Positions 28,447-38,943 are shown, counted from the first letter of the stretch. The stretch is 64,000 nt of DNA from Burkholderiales bacterium (GCA_043743335.1 JAYTWR010000149.1:11924-75923), one strand, 5' to 3'. Translations and numbers: made by a program. Notes: generated by a model from the letters alone, not told the origin.

Positions 28447-29436
28447 ATGAATAAAATTCATTTAAAATCAATTAGTTACAAAATATTTCCCCACGCGGTG
28501 TGGGCGCTGCTGCTGGCTGCAGGCGCGTCATTCGCCCAGCCCTACCCCACCAAACCCGTGCGCATTGTCGTGCCCTACCCGCCCGGCGGCGGCGTGGATG
28601 TGGTGGCGCGCGTGGTGGGCCGTAAGCTGACGGACACGTTGGGCCAGCCGGTGATTGTCGAAAATCGCGGTGGTGCCTCGGGCGCTTTGGGCGCTGACAT
28701 CGTGGCTAAAGCCCCGCCCGACGGCTACACCATGGGCCTCATGACCAGCACCGTGCTGATGGTGCCCGCGCTGCAAAAAGTGCCTTACGACGCGGCCAAA
28801 GACTTTGCGCCGATTATTCTGTTTGCCTCGATATCGAACATCTTGGTGGTGCATCCATCGCTGCCGGTGAAATCATTGCAGGACGTGATGCGTCTTGCGC
28901 GCGAGCGTCCCGGCGAGCTCACCCACGCCACCTCCGGCCCCGGCAGCGTACCGCATCTGATGATGGAGCTGCTGCGCACCATGACGCCGCGCTTTGACAT
29001 TGTGCACGTGCCGTACAAAGGCAACGCGCAAGCCATTACCGATTTGCTTGGCGGGCACATCACCATGCACATTTCGTCCATGCTGTCGGCTGTGCCCTAC
29101 ATCAAAACCGGTCGCTTACGCCCGATAGGCGTCACCAGCGCCAAGCGCTCACGCGCGGTGCCAGACGTGCCAACGTTCGCCGAGTCCGGCGCGCCCGGCT
29201 ATGACGTGAGTTCGCTGTGGGGATTTCTCGCGCCCGCGCAAACGCCGCCGGACATCATTAACCGGCTGTATGGCGATATCGGCAAAGTGCTACGTTACCA
29301 AGATGTCAACGACCAGCTCGTCGGGCAAGGCGCGGATATTTCCGGCGCAGGCCCGCAGGAATATGGCGCGCTGTGGCGGGCCGAACTCGCCAAATGGCCC
29401 AAGGTAGTAGCTGCGGCAAAAATCAAGGCGGAATAA
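28447..29436 (+). CDS. Bug/TctC-family tripartite tricarboxylate transporter substrate-binding protein
   Basis: QPYPTKPVRIVVPYPPGGGVDVVAR and VPYKG; 329 aa. The first 12 codons are encoded by the AT-rich junction element. Confidence 0.85.
   Translation: MNKIHLKSISYKIFPHAVWALLLAAGASFAQPYPTKPVRIVVPYPPGGGVDVVARVVGRKLTDTLGQPVIVENRGGASGALGADIVAKAPPDGYTMGLMTSTVLMVPALQKVPYDAAKDFAPIILFASISNILVVHPSLPVKSLQDVMRLARERPGELTHATSGPGSVPHLMMELLRTMTPRFDIVHVPYKGNAQAITDLLGGHITMHISSMLSAVPYIKTGRLRPIGVTSAKRSRAVPDVPTFAESGAPGYDVSSLWGFLAPAQTPPDIINRLYGDIGKVLRYQDVNDQLVGQGADISGAGPQEYGALWRAELAKWPKVVAAAKIKAE
28451..28479 (+). repeat. AT-rich junction element, exact core (28466-28478)
   Basis: ATAAAATTCATTTAAAATCAATTAGTTAC lies inside the first codons of the Bug gene (NKIHLKSISY). 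Confidence 0.9.
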
Positions 29437-29568
29437 AGCGCCTACCCGCATAAGCTGTTTCGACCTACAATTCGTCAACGTGCAGGCGGTAGCAGCGTTT
29501 GAGACTTTGAGCCGCACGCGTGATGGCTGTACTGACCGTAACGACCAACAACATAAGGGGGAATTCAC

Positions 29569-29859
29569 ATGCTGCATTTTCTTTGGATCGCATTGATCGG
29601 TTTTGCTGCGGGCTTCATTGCGCGCGCATTGCATCCCGGCAAGGATAATCTGGGCTTCATCATGACGGCGGTGCTCGGTGTGGCCGGCTCGTTTGGCGCG
29701 ACGTACCTCGGCCAGATTCTCGGCCTCTACAAGCAAGGCGAAAACGCTGGCTTTATTATGTCGGTCATCGGCGCAGTCGTGCTGCTGGTTATTTACGGTT
29801 TTGTCGCGAAGAAAAAAGACGGCGGTGACGGCAGCAGCGGAGGTGGCACATCGAACTAA
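29569..29859 (+). CDS. GlsB/YeaQ/YmgE-family stress membrane protein
   Basis: AAGGGGG SD; FLWIALIGFAAGFIARAL..G with three TM helices. Confidence 0.75.
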   Translation: MLHFLWIALIGFAAGFIARALHPGKDNLGFIMTAVLGVAGSFGATYLGQILGLYKQGENAGFIMSVIGAVVLLVIYGFVAKKKDGGDGSSGGGTSN

Positions 29860-29897
29860 TTCGCTGGCCAGCGCTACGGCTCCCCACGCTTTATCCC

Positions 29898-30419
29898 ATG
29901 CGCAGCGGACAGCTAAATAGCGCTGCGCCGACGGCCTCCACCGCGCTGGCCCTGCCCGGCAACGCGGCGGCGCTGGACGCTGCGGTCAAGCGCGCCAACG
30001 CCGTGGTTACCCGCCGTGCGGCGCTGGCCTCGGCTGCGTCGCTGGTGCCCTTGCCAGGGCTCGATCTCGCCGTGGATATCGCTGCGGTAATGAGGCTCAT
30101 CCCCGCGATCAATCAAGAGTTTGGCCTAACGCCCGCGCAAATTGCCAAACTCAGCCCCGCCCGACAGTTGATGGTTTACAAATCCATAGTGGCGGTGGGC
30201 AGTGTGATGATCGGAAAACTCGTCACCAAAGAAATCGCCATCGGGGTGCTGAAAACCGTGGGCGTGCGTCTCACCGCCAAGCAAGCGGGCAAATACGTGC
30301 CGGTGGCCGGCCAAGCGTTGTCCGTGGTGCTGGGATTCGCGGCGATGAAATACGTGGGGCAGCAGCACATCAACGACTGTCGCAGCGTCGTCGAAGCCAC
30401 ACTACCGCGTGAGGCTTGA
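29898..30419 (+). CDS. DUF697-like protein
   Basis: LVPLPGLDLAVDIAAVMRLIPAINQEFGL resembles the YcjF/DUF697 pattern; assignment from memory. Confidence 0.45.
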   Translation: MRSGQLNSAAPTASTALALPGNAAALDAAVKRANAVVTRRAALASAASLVPLPGLDLAVDIAAVMRLIPAINQEFGLTPAQIAKLSPARQLMVYKSIVAVGSVMIGKLVTKEIAIGVLKTVGVRLTAKQAGKYVPVAGQALSVVLGFAAMKYVGQQHINDCRSVVEATLPREA

Positions 30420-30515
30420 GCACACCGAGCGTGCGGTGAACTCAGCGCGATACGGCGTCAGGCCTGCTATCATTGGGGCCGCCGCAATGTGGCTGGAATT
30501 AAATGCCTGCTACAG

Positions 30516-30544
30516 TATAATAATCAATAAAATCAATTAGTTAC
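30516..30544 (+). repeat. AT-rich junction element, exact core (30531-30543)
   Basis: TATAATAATCAATAAAATCAATTAGTTAC, 25 nt upstream of the malonyl-CoA decarboxylase ATG. Confidence 0.85.
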
Positions 30545-30568
30545 GCATAATATTTCGCCGCCCTCAGC

Positions 30569-31897
30569 ATGGCTCCCTCCTTATTGAAACGGCTGGTGCG
30601 CACCGTGGTGCCGCCGCCCAACGAAGCCGCCCGCGCCAGCCGTCACGCAGCCAAGGTCATTGATGCCTGGCGCGAGCTTCTGTCTGACCGTGGTGAAGTC
30701 TCCGGTGCGGCCATCGCGCGCGAAGCGCTGGGCGCTTGGCGCGATTTCGATACGGCCTATTTGCCGGCATTTTTTGACCGCCTTGCGGCAGAATTTTCAC
30801 CGGAAGAAGCCGCATTGCGCGCCGCTGCCCAGCGCTACATCGCCGAACCTTCCGCACCGCACTTGATGCACCTGCAGCGCATCGCTGCATCGCCGCGCCA
30901 GGAATTGTTTCGCCGCCTGAATCAAGCGCCCGAAGGCACCGTCACGCTGGTGCACCTGCGAAAAAATTTGCTGTCCCAGATGGCCGACCACCCTGAATGG
31001 CAGGTCATCGACGCCGATCTGGTGCACTTGTTCAATTCGTGGTTCAACCGCGGATTTTTGACGCTGCAGCGCATCGACTGGCACACGCCGGCCATCGTGC
31101 TGGAAAAGCTCATCGAATATGAAGCGGTGCATGAAATCTCCGGCTGGCCCGACTTGCGCCGCCGTCTGCAAAGTGACCGGCGTTGCTTCGCTTTTTTCCA
31201 CCCGGCCTTACCCAACGAGCCGCTAATTTTCATCGAAGTGGCCTTGGTCAAAGGCATTAGCAGCGCCGTACAGCCGTTGCTGGACATCAACGCACCAGTC
31301 GCCGATCCCGAAAAAGCAGATACGGCGGTGTTTTACTCCATCACCAACTGTCAGCCGGGTTTACGTGGCGTATCGTTCGGCAACCTGTTGATTAAACAAG
31401 TGGCGCAGCGCTTGGGCGAAGAATTCCCGCGCATCAAGACCTTTTCCACGCTGTCGCCGATACCGGGCTTCACTGCGTGGCTGGCGGCTAACGCCAGCAG
31501 CGTGTCCGAACCCGCCAAAGCCGTGCTGCAAAACCTGCTGGTGCCGGACTGGCACCGTCAATCGACACTGGTGGCATCGCTGCAAAAGGTGCTGCCGCCC
31601 CTGTGCTCACATTATCTGTTGCATGCAACCCATGACGGTGCGCCGGCCGATCCGGTAGCCCGTTTTCACTTGGGCAACGGCGCCCGCGCTGAACGGCTTA
31701 ACTGGCTGGCTGACACCTCGGCACGCGGCGTGAAAAATTGCGCGGGCATGATGGTCAATTACGTCTACCATCTCGACCAAATCGAAGACAATCACGAACA
31801 CTATGTGCGCGAACATCGCGTCGCCGCCACGCACGACATGCGGCGACTGGCGCGCGAAAGCACGCTGGCAGACCCCGCTATAACGCACAAGCACTAA
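30569..31897 (+). CDS. malonyl-CoA decarboxylase
   Basis: FFHPALPNEPLIFIEVAL, AVFYSITNCQPGLRGVSFGNLLIKQV, TFSTLSPIPGF. Confidence 0.85.
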   Translation: MAPSLLKRLVRTVVPPPNEAARASRHAAKVIDAWRELLSDRGEVSGAAIAREALGAWRDFDTAYLPAFFDRLAAEFSPEEAALRAAAQRYIAEPSAPHLMHLQRIAASPRQELFRRLNQAPEGTVTLVHLRKNLLSQMADHPEWQVIDADLVHLFNSWFNRGFLTLQRIDWHTPAIVLEKLIEYEAVHEISGWPDLRRRLQSDRRCFAFFHPALPNEPLIFIEVALVKGISSAVQPLLDINAPVADPEKADTAVFYSITNCQPGLRGVSFGNLLIKQVAQRLGEEFPRIKTFSTLSPIPGFTAWLAANASSVSEPAKAVLQNLLVPDWHRQSTLVASLQKVLPPLCSHYLLHATHDGAPADPVARFHLGNGARAERLNWLADTSARGVKNCAGMMVNYVYHLDQIEDNHEHYVREHRVAATHDMRRLARESTLADPAITHKH

Positions 31898-31923
31898 CGC
31901 ACAAGCAGTAACGGAACACCCCT

Positions 31924-32373
31924 ATGGAAATGACCGGCGAACAACTCATCCCGCAACCGCAGGATGTCACCTGGAAAGCGCTCAACGACACGGCGGTGCT
32001 GAAAGCCTGCATTCCCGGCTGTGAATCCATTGAACAAACCGGCGACAACGAATATCAGTTGGTGATGGTGGCCAGAGTCGGCCCGGTCAGTGCCAAGTTC
32101 AAGGGCAAAATGACGCTGTCGAATATCGTCGCACCGCAATCCTACCGCTTGGCGTTTGAAGGTTCTGGCGGTGTGGCCGGATTCGCCAAGGGCGAGGCCA
32201 GCGTGCACCTCTCACCCGGCGACGGTGGTACCAAGCTCGCGTATGCCTGCAACGCCATGATCGGCGGCAAGCTGGCGCAGGTGGGCTCACGTCTCATTGA
32301 CGGCGTGGCAAAAAAAATTGCGGGGGAGTTTTTTACCGCGTTTAATACGCAGGTCAGCGCGCTAGGGAAGTAA
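31924..32373 (+). CDS. CoxG/SRPBCC-family protein
   Basis: 149 aa with GPVSAKFKG...GGKLAQVGSRLIDGVAKK, typical of CoxG. Confidence 0.75.
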   Translation: MEMTGEQLIPQPQDVTWKALNDTAVLKACIPGCESIEQTGDNEYQLVMVARVGPVSAKFKGKMTLSNIVAPQSYRLAFEGSGGVAGFAKGEASVHLSPGDGGTKLAYACNAMIGGKLAQVGSRLIDGVAKKIAGEFFTAFNTQVSALGK

Positions 32374-32392
32374 CGGCGACCGCTGAATTGGA

Positions 32393-32421
32393 CACAGAGG
32401 CCGCAGAGGACACATAGGACG
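32393..32421 (+). repeat. CACAGAGG-type element, copy 2
   Basis: CACAGAGGCCGCAGAGGACACATAGGACG, about 20 nt after the CoxG stop codon. Confidence 0.6.
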
Positions 32422-32428
32422 AAAGCGC

Positions 32429-33067
32429 CTATTCCTTAGCCCCGGCTTTCGTCAAAATCCGCACGATTTCATCGTTATTGCGCTGTTTAGCAGCGGCCAG
32501 CGCGGTGTAGCCATTGGGCGCTTTGTTGCTGATGTTGGCCCCGTATTCCATCAACAGCAGCACGGCCTGCGTTTGCCCTTCGCGTGCGGCGAGCATGAGC
32601 GCGGTCAGCCCGGCGGCATTTGACGCATCTATTTTGGCACCGCGCACCAGCAAAAATCGCATCACATCGATACGGTTCATCGACGCCGCATACATCAGCG
32701 GCGTCCAGCCGCCGTGATCGATTTGCGCGCCCTCCGCCAGCAGCGCCTTTACCACCTCTAGGTGGCCTTTAATGGCAGCCAGCATCAGCGCACTTTCGCC
32801 GAAGCTGTTCAGCGCAGCAACCTTGGGCTTGGCCGACAGCAACGTTTTGATGACAGTCATATTGCCTTCTTTGGCCGCCATCATCAAAAAGGAGTCGCCT
32901 TCCTTGTTGACTGAATTCACGTCCAAGCCCTTTTGCAGCAGGTTCGAAACCGTGCTTTGATCGCCCAAGCCGATGGCGCGGATCATGTCTTCATAGACCG
33001 CTGCAGCGCAAAAACCTGCTGAAAACATCAGGCAGCAGGCTAAAAAATATCGAATAAACAACTTCAT
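32429..33067 (-). CDS. secreted ankyrin-repeat protein
   Basis: Signal peptide followed by about 5 ANK repeats (G.T.LM.AA..G....V..LL..GA). Confidence 0.85.
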   Translation of the reverse strand: MKLFIRYFLACCLMFSAGFCAAAVYEDMIRAIGLGDQSTVSNLLQKGLDVNSVNKEGDSFLMMAAKEGNMTVIKTLLSAKPKVAALNSFGESALMLAAIKGHLEVVKALLAEGAQIDHGGWTPLMYAASMNRIDVMRFLLVRGAKIDASNAAGLTALMLAAREGQTQAVLLLMEYGANISNKAPNGYTALAAAKQRNNDEIVRILTKAGAKE

Positions 33068-33077
33068 GTTTAGTTCC

Positions 33078-33119
33078 TAACTATTTGAATAATTTAATAA
33101 AATTATTTGTAGTATTTTC
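33078..33119 (-). repeat. AT-rich junction element, degenerate/expanded copy (core 33078-33090, 1 mismatch)
   Basis: TAACTATTTGAATAATTTAATAAAATTATTTGTAGTATTTTC encodes the tatD tail ENTTNNFIKLFK and its stop codon. Confidence 0.6.
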
Positions 33120-33839
33120 GGCAATCCATTCAAACGTGCAGCCTCGCAAGCGTGCGATTTCTTCCGCTACATGCTTGACCAGCCCCGGCTCATTGGTCTT
33201 GCCGCGAAACGGCACAGGCGCCAAATACGGCGAATCGGTCTCGATCAGCATGCGATCCAGTGGCACTTTTTGCGCCACTTCCTTTAGCGCTTTGGCGTTT
33301 TTGAAGGTGACGATGCCGGAAAACGAAATGTAAAAACCCATGTCCAGCGCGGCTTGTGCCACTTCCCAAGTCTCGGTAAAACAATGCATCACGCCGCCCG
33401 CTTCTTGCGCACCCTCGGCCTGCATAATACGTAAGGTGTCATCGGCAGCCGATCTTGTGTGAATAATCAAAGGCTTAGCAGATTTTTTGGCGGCCTGGAT
33501 GTGGTTGCGAAAACGCTGCCGTTGCCATTCCAAATCGCCGGTTAGTCGGTAATAATCCAGTCCTGTTTCGCCGATGGCGACGATTTTCGGGTGCTGCGCC
33601 AATCTGACCAACTCATCGACAGAGGGTTCAGTCACATCCGGATAATCCGGATGCACGCCCACCGAGGCATATAGCTGCTCATGCGCCTCCGCCAGCGCTA
33701 AAACCTGTGGGAAATCTTCCATATTGACGCTGACACACAACGCATGCGTCACTTGATTCTCGCGCATGCGCGCCAAAACTTCGTCGAGACGGGCTGCAAG
33801 CTCAGGAAAATCCAAGTGGCAGTGGGAATCTATGAGCAT
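33081..33839 (-). CDS. tatD: TatD-family metal-dependent hydrolase
   Basis: MLIDSHCHLDF, IGETGLDY, ETDSPYL. Confidence 0.9.
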   Translation of the reverse strand: MLIDSHCHLDFPELAARLDEVLARMRENQVTHALCVSVNMEDFPQVLALAEAHEQLYASVGVHPDYPDVTEPSVDELVRLAQHPKIVAIGETGLDYYRLTGDLEWQRQRFRNHIQAAKKSAKPLIIHTRSAADDTLRIMQAEGAQEAGGVMHCFTETWEVAQAALDMGFYISFSGIVTFKNAKALKEVAQKVPLDRMLIETDSPYLAPVPFRGKTNEPGLVKHVAEEIARLRGCTFEWIAENTTNNFIKLFK

Positions 33840-34832
33840 TTAGGCTCGCAGCAGTTGGGCGTAACGCAGCATCAAATCTTCCAGTAGCAGACGCGGGTTT
33901 AGAGGGTGATTCACAATCCGCTGAAAACGCACCAATTCGCGGTGATAGCGCATAATTTCCAATGTATTCATGCGTTTTGTGGCAGAAATTAGCGCATCTT
34001 TTCGGTCAGGATTGTAACGTAATGGCTGCCCCAAACTCAGTCGCACCAAATCATAACTCCAGCGCTGTAACCAATTGATTATTTGAGGAATTGGCTGAGC
34101 AGCGCAACGCTCTGCCACGGCCAGCGGGTCGAATTCCCGGCTGGAAAGCCCCTCCAGCAGTTGCTGCCGCCCTGCCCAATAGTCCGGCGTATCGAGTTCT
34201 ACGGCCAGCAAAGGGGCTCCGCCAGCTTGGGCCAAGGCCAAATCGGGCTGCGAAATGCCGCTTTTTGCCAACCAGGCGGCGGCTTCCGGCGCAGAGGGCG
34301 GTGGCAGTGCGATTTGTTGACAGCGGCTGCGTAGGGTCGCAGGCAGCATGTGAGACCGGTCGCTGACCAGTAAGAAATGGGTGTGGGGCGGCGGCTCTTC
34401 TAGGCTTTTCAACAACGCATTGGCCGCGTTGACGTTCATCGCTTCAGCGGGCTGCACCACCACCACTTTGACGCCACTGCGATGCGCGCTGATATTGATA
34501 AACTCTGCTAAGGAACGCACCTGCGCTATCGATATATCGCGCTTTTTCTTTTTATCGGACGGTTCGTCGTCAGCGGCGGCTTCAGCGATTTCCGGCTGTA
34601 ACAGGCGGTAATCGGGGTGGTTCCCGGTGTCGAACCAATGGCAGGCTTGACACGCGCCGCAGGCCTGCAGCGGCGCAGTCGGTGCCTCGCACAGCAGGCC
34701 TTTGGCCAGCGCTGCGGCAAACTCACGCTTGCCGATGCCGGCTGGACCTTTGAATAAAAGGGCATGCGGCAACTGCGCCGCGCGCTGGGCGAGTTGCTGG
34801 TACTGCCTTTCATGCCATTTATAAATAGTCAT
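33840..34832 (-). CDS. holB: DNA polymerase III delta' subunit
   Basis: [22 protein letters not shown] zinc module, [11 protein letters not shown]. Confidence 0.85.
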   Translation of the reverse strand: MTIYKWHERQYQQLAQRAAQLPHALLFKGPAGIGKREFAAALAKGLLCEAPTAPLQACGACQACHWFDTGNHPDYRLLQPEIAEAAADDEPSDKKKKRDISIAQVRSLAEFINISAHRSGVKVVVVQPAEAMNVNAANALLKSLEEPPPHTHFLLVSDRSHMLPATLRSRCQQIALPPPSAPEAAAWLAKSGISQPDLALAQAGGAPLLAVELDTPDYWAGRQQLLEGLSSREFDPLAVAERCAAQPIPQIINWLQRWSYDLVRLSLGQPLRYNPDRKDALISATKRMNTLEIMRYHRELVRFQRIVNHPLNPRLLLEDLMLRYAQLLRA

Positions 34833-34858
34833 TTAAAACAATTACTTACAATTACTTC
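34829..34858 (+). repeat. AT-rich junction element with duplicated core (variant AAACAATTACTTA, 34836-34848)
   Basis: TCATTTAAAACAATTACTTACAATTACTTC. ACAATTACTT occurs twice in tandem. The copy carries the tmk stop, the holB start and the tmk tail. Confidence 0.75.
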
Positions 34859-35452
34859 TTCTACTGATTGTTTAACTTCAGGTAACGTTAAAGTGGCGTC
34901 CACCACCCGTATGCGCTGCGGATGTTCACGCGCGCGCCGCAGATAGCCGTCACGCACCCGGTCGAAAAACGAGCGGCCCTCCTGCTCGAAACGATCCGGC
35001 TCGCGCGCGGCCTGCGTACGCGCCTTGCCGACTTCGCTGGGCACGTCAAAATACAGCGTCAAGTCAGGTTGCAAGCTGCCCTGCACCCAAGTCTCCAACG
35101 CCGCAATGCGCTCCCAAGCCAGCCCGCTGCCCCCAGACTGATAGGCGAAGGTGGCGTCGGTGAAACGGTCGCAAACCACCCAAATGCCAGCATCGAGGGC
35201 GGGGCGTATGACTTTATCTAAGTGCTCGCGCCGCGCCGCAAACATCAGCAAAGCCTCGGTTTCGGGGTGCAGCTTCTGCGCCTTGGCCAGCAGCAACTCG
35301 CGCAGCCGCTCGCCCAGCGGCGTGCCGCCGGGTTCGCGCGTGAGCTGCACCTTGACGCCGCGCGCCTCGAGAAAGCCAGGTAGCCACGTCAGATGCGTGC
35401 TTTTGCCAGCGCCGTCCATGCCTTCCAGCGTAATGAATTTGCCACGTGTCAT
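34829..35452 (-). CDS. tmk: thymidylate kinase
   Basis: [14 protein letters not shown] and DRF..ATFAYQ; ATGA overlap with holB. Confidence 0.92.
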   Translation of the reverse strand: MTRGKFITLEGMDGAGKSTHLTWLPGFLEARGVKVQLTREPGGTPLGERLRELLLAKAQKLHPETEALLMFAARREHLDKVIRPALDAGIWVVCDRFTDATFAYQSGGSGLAWERIAALETWVQGSLQPDLTLYFDVPSEVGKARTQAAREPDRFEQEGRSFFDRVRDGYLRRAREHPQRIRVVDATLTLPEVKQSVEEVIVSNCFK

Positions 35453-35460
35453 TTGCGCCC

Positions 35461-36495
35461 TCAGCGTCTTGAGCGTTGGTATTTGTTGACGGCGTTATTA
35501 TGCTCGTCCAACGTACGCGAAAACTGCGAACTGCCGTCGCCCCGTGCCACAAAATACAGCATTTTGCTGTCAGCGGGGTTTAAAGCGGCTTGTATCGACG
35601 CCAGCCCCGGCATGGCAATGGGCGTGGGCGGCAACCCGCCACGGGTGTAGGTGTTCCACGGCGTATCGGTTTGTAGGTCGCGCCGCCGCAGATTGCCGTC
35701 GAAACGCTCGCCCATGCCGTAAATCACCGTGGGGTCGGTTTGCAGCCGCATGTTCAGAAGCAGCCGGTTGACGAATACCGCCGCCACCAGCGGCCGGTCG
35801 GCGGCTTTGCCGGTTTCTTTTTCGACGATGGATGCCAGAATCAGCACCTCATACGGCGTGGCCAGCGGTGAATTCGGCACCCGCGCCGCCCATTGTGCAG
35901 CGAGGTGACTTTGCATCAGTCGATGGGCGCGCTTTAACACGGCCAAATCGCTGGTGCCGCGTGAGAAATGATAGGTCTCGGGGAAGATCCAGCCCTCGGC
36001 CTGCCCGTCCGCAAGGCCCAGCACACGGGCTAGCGCGTCGTCGCTCATGCCGGCAGTATCGTGCTTCAAAGCATCGTGCGTATCGAGCACTTGCCGCACC
36101 TGACGGAAATTCCAGCCGTCGACAAAGCGCACCGCCGATTGTGTAGCGTCACCGCGCGTCATTTTTCGCAGCAGCGCCACGGGCGAGATGGGTGAGGCGA
36201 ATTCGTAGTTACCCGCCTTAAGGTGAGGTGCGTCACCGCGCACACGGCCCAGCGCCTCAAACAGCAACGCCCCCCCCGCACCCGGCAGCACGCCCAAGGC
36301 TACCAGCTCGCGCGCGACGGAACGCAGGTTACCGCCAGATTTCAGATCGTAGGTGATGCTGGACGGTGTGAACGTAAGCTCTTGTTTTGCATGGAAATAT
36401 AGCCCCACGAACGCTGCGGTGATAAGCACAAAACCCAGCGCCACCAAGCGTTTAATCAGCCGCCACATCGTCGCCGTCGTTTTCCAAGGCCGCAC
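35461..36495 (-). CDS. mltG: endolytic murein transglycosylase MltG (YceG)
   Basis: N-terminal TM helix, [20 protein letters not shown]. Confidence 0.85.
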   Translation of the reverse strand: MRPWKTTATMWRLIKRLVALGFVLITAAFVGLYFHAKQELTFTPSSITYDLKSGGNLRSVARELVALGVLPGAGGALLFEALGRVRGDAPHLKAGNYEFASPISPVALLRKMTRGDATQSAVRFVDGWNFRQVRQVLDTHDALKHDTAGMSDDALARVLGLADGQAEGWIFPETYHFSRGTSDLAVLKRAHRLMQSHLAAQWAARVPNSPLATPYEVLILASIVEKETGKAADRPLVAAVFVNRLLLNMRLQTDPTVIYGMGERFDGNLRRRDLQTDTPWNTYTRGGLPPTPIAMPGLASIQAALNPADSKMLYFVARGDGSSQFSRTLDEHNNAVNKYQRSRR

Positions 36496-37276
36496 GAATG
36501 CGTTTGCTTAAAGTCCCCGCAGGCCAACGGCGCTCTTGCAGCGTGGCTACTGACCACAAACCGATCAGGCTATTGGTGAAAAACACTTCGTCGGCGTCGA
36601 GCAGCCGTTGCAGTGAGATGGGCGTCACTTGGCAGCGCACGCCCGCCGCTGTCGCCCACGCCATCACGCGATCTCGCGTCACGCCCGCTACGCCGCAGCG
36701 CGACAAATCGGGGGTAAAAAGCTGCCCGTGCGCGACCACAAACACGTTGCTCATGGTGCCGCCGATGGCGTTGCCGTCTTGATCGAGTAGCAGGCCTTCG
36801 CGAATAGCGGCGTCATGCCATTCCGCGCGCGCCAGAACATTTTCCAATCGATTCAAGTGCTTAGCACCAGCCAAGGCAGGCTGGTGTGACAGTCGCAGTT
36901 GGCACAGATGAGCGTGTATACCCGGCTCTACAACCGGCGCAGCCGCAGACAGCGAACTGGCGCTCACCACGCGCAAGGGCATTGACGGCACAGGCGGTGC
37001 ATAGCCACGCGGGCCGCTGCCACGGGTGACGATGATTTTGACTGCGGCATCGGGCCAAGCAGCGGTAGCCCGGCAGATTTCGTCCAGCAGCACGGTTTCA
37101 GGCGGGCACTGTAGCGACAAGCGCGCGCAGTCGGCGCTCAATTTGGCGTAGTGCAGCGCCCAATGTCGCGGCTGGCCGTCAACCGCGCGCAGCGTGCGAA
37201 ACACGCCGTCGCCATAGGCAAGGCCGCGGTCATCGGCGGGGAGGGTTTGCGCCAGCGTGCCGTTAACGAACATCAT
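36452..37276 (-). CDS. pabC: aminodeoxychorismate lyase (class IV aminotransferase fold)
   Basis: DRGLAYGDGVFRTL, and the conserved position between fabF and mltG. Start taken at MMFVNG; the longer ORF would overlap fabF. Confidence 0.7.
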   Translation of the reverse strand: MMFVNGTLAQTLPADDRGLAYGDGVFRTLRAVDGQPRHWALHYAKLSADCARLSLQCPPETVLLDEICRATAAWPDAAVKIIVTRGSGPRGYAPPVPSMPLRVVSASSLSAAAPVVEPGIHAHLCQLRLSHQPALAGAKHLNRLENVLARAEWHDAAIREGLLLDQDGNAIGGTMSNVFVVAHGQLFTPDLSRCGVAGVTRDRVMAWATAAGVRCQVTPISLQRLLDADEVFFTNSLIGLWSVATLQERRWPAGTLSKRIRAALENDGDDVAAD

Positions 37277-37298
37277 GGCAACGGCCAGCGGCGCGCGT

Positions 37299-38546
37299 TC
37301 AGATTTTGCGGAAAACCAGACTGCCGTTGGTGCCGCCAAAGCCGAAGGAATTCGATAGCGCAACGTCAATTTTCATCGGGCGCGCGGTATTGGGCACGTA
37401 ATCCAGATCGCACTGCAGATCCGGATTGTGCAGATTGATGGTAGGCGGCGCGAGCTGATCGCGTATCGCCAACACGGAAAACACGGCTTCAACACCACCC
37501 GCAGCACCCAGCAAATGTCCGGTCATCGACTTGGTGGAACTCACCGCGAGTTTTTTGGCATGCTCGCCGAACGCACGTTTGACGGCCACGGTTTCGGCCA
37601 GGTCACCCAGTGGTGTGGAGGTGCCGTGCGCATTGACGTAATCGACCTGATCAGCGTTCAGCCCGCCGTTGCGCAACGTGTTGGTCATGCAGCGCAGCGC
37701 CCCTGCCCCGTCTGCGCTGGGCGCGGTGATGTGGTTGGCATCAGCGCTCATGCCATAACCGGCGAGTTCGCAATAAATGCGCGCGCCGCGCGCTTTGGCG
37801 TGTTCGTATTCTTCAAGCACCAGCACACCGGCACCTTCGCCGATGACAAAGCCGTCGCGGTCTTTGTCCCACGGACGGCTGGCTGCGGTGGCGTCGTCGT
37901 TACGGGTGGACAGTGCGCGGGCAGCGCAAAAACCACCGACGCCGAGCTTGGAAATCGCGTCTTCCGCACCGCCGGCGATCATCACATCAGCGTCGCCGTA
38001 TTCAATGAGTCGCCCGGCTTCGCCGATGCTGTGGTTGGCCGTGGTGCACGCCGTGACTACCGCGAGATTGGGGCCGCGCAATCCATACATGATCGAGAAT
38101 TGCCCGGAGATCATGTTGATAATCGAACCGGGTATGAAAAACGGGCCAATTTTGCGCGCACCGCCCGCCAGCATGGCGTCGTGGGTATCTTCGATCAGCG
38201 GCAGGCCACCGATGCCCGAGCCGATGCACACGCCGGCCATATCGCGATCAATGCGTTCGAGGTCGAGGCCGGAATCCTTGAGCGCCTCAATCCCTGCTAC
38301 CAAACCATAATGAATAAAGGTGTCAAAACGCCGCGCCTCCTTGGCATTGAGCCACTGAGTGACATCGAAGTTTTTGACCTCGCCCGCGATACGCGACGTA
38401 AACGTTGAGGCGTCAAAACGAGTGATCGGGCCGATGCCGGATTTGCCCGCAGTGATGTTGCCCCAAGCCTCGGCAATGCCGGTGCCTACGGGGGAAACAA
38501 TGCCTAATCCGGTAACGACGACTCTGCGGGACGATGAACGCGGCAT
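37299..38546 (-). CDS. fabF: 3-oxoacyl-ACP synthase II
   Basis: RRVVVTGLG, active-site [22 protein letters not shown]. Confidence 0.95.
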   Translation of the reverse strand: MPRSSSRRVVVTGLGIVSPVGTGIAEAWGNITAGKSGIGPITRFDASTFTSRIAGEVKNFDVTQWLNAKEARRFDTFIHYGLVAGIEALKDSGLDLERIDRDMAGVCIGSGIGGLPLIEDTHDAMLAGGARKIGPFFIPGSIINMISGQFSIMYGLRGPNLAVVTACTTANHSIGEAGRLIEYGDADVMIAGGAEDAISKLGVGGFCAARALSTRNDDATAASRPWDKDRDGFVIGEGAGVLVLEEYEHAKARGARIYCELAGYGMSADANHITAPSADGAGALRCMTNTLRNGGLNADQVDYVNAHGTSTPLGDLAETVAVKRAFGEHAKKLAVSSTKSMTGHLLGAAGGVEAVFSVLAIRDQLAPPTINLHNPDLQCDLDYVPNTARPMKIDVALSNSFGFGGTNGSLVFRKI

Positions 38547-38620
38547 GGTATCTTGGGGTTAAGTGCGACGGGTTAAATACGGCCCTCAAAAACTACACCG
38601 GCGGATCAGCGCCAAGCGCG

Positions 38621-38654
38621 GAACATGGGACATGGGATATCGAACATGGGACAT
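38621..38654. repeat. direct repeat GAACATGGGACAT x2 (21-bp period) in the acpP-fabF spacer
   Basis: Copies at 38621-38633 and 38642-38654, with an internal ACATGGG doublet. Confidence 0.8.
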
Positions 38655-38700
38655 ACCCCTGCTTGAAGCCGCGCCGCCGGTATGCGTGCTGCTGCGCCGG

Positions 38701-38943
38701 TTACGCCTTTTTGGCGTGCGCCGTCACGTAGTCGATAGCTTGTTGGACGGTGGTGATTTTCTCGGCGAATTCATCAGGAATTTCGGTCTCGAATTCCTCT
38801 TCCAGCGCCATCACCAACTCCACCGTATCGAGCGAATCTGCGCCCAGATCATTGACGAACGATGACTCATTCTTGACGTCGCCTTCGGCTACGCCCAGTT
38901 GCTCGGCAACAATCTTCTTGACGCGTTGCTCGACATTATCCAT
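38701..38943 (-). CDS. acpP: acyl carrier protein
   Basis: [19 protein letters not shown]. Confidence 0.97.
   Translation of the reverse strand: MDNVEQRVKKIVAEQLGVAEGDVKNESSFVNDLGADSLDTVELVMALEEEFETEIPDEFAEKITTVQQAIDYVTAHAKKA

Noticed and set aside
30111-30123. Exact WATCAANNNNTTR match (AATCAAGAGTTTG) inside the DUF697-like CDS
   Set aside because: It lacks the A/T-rich flanks and the extended similarity shared by the junction element copies. It is consistent with the roughly one chance match expected.
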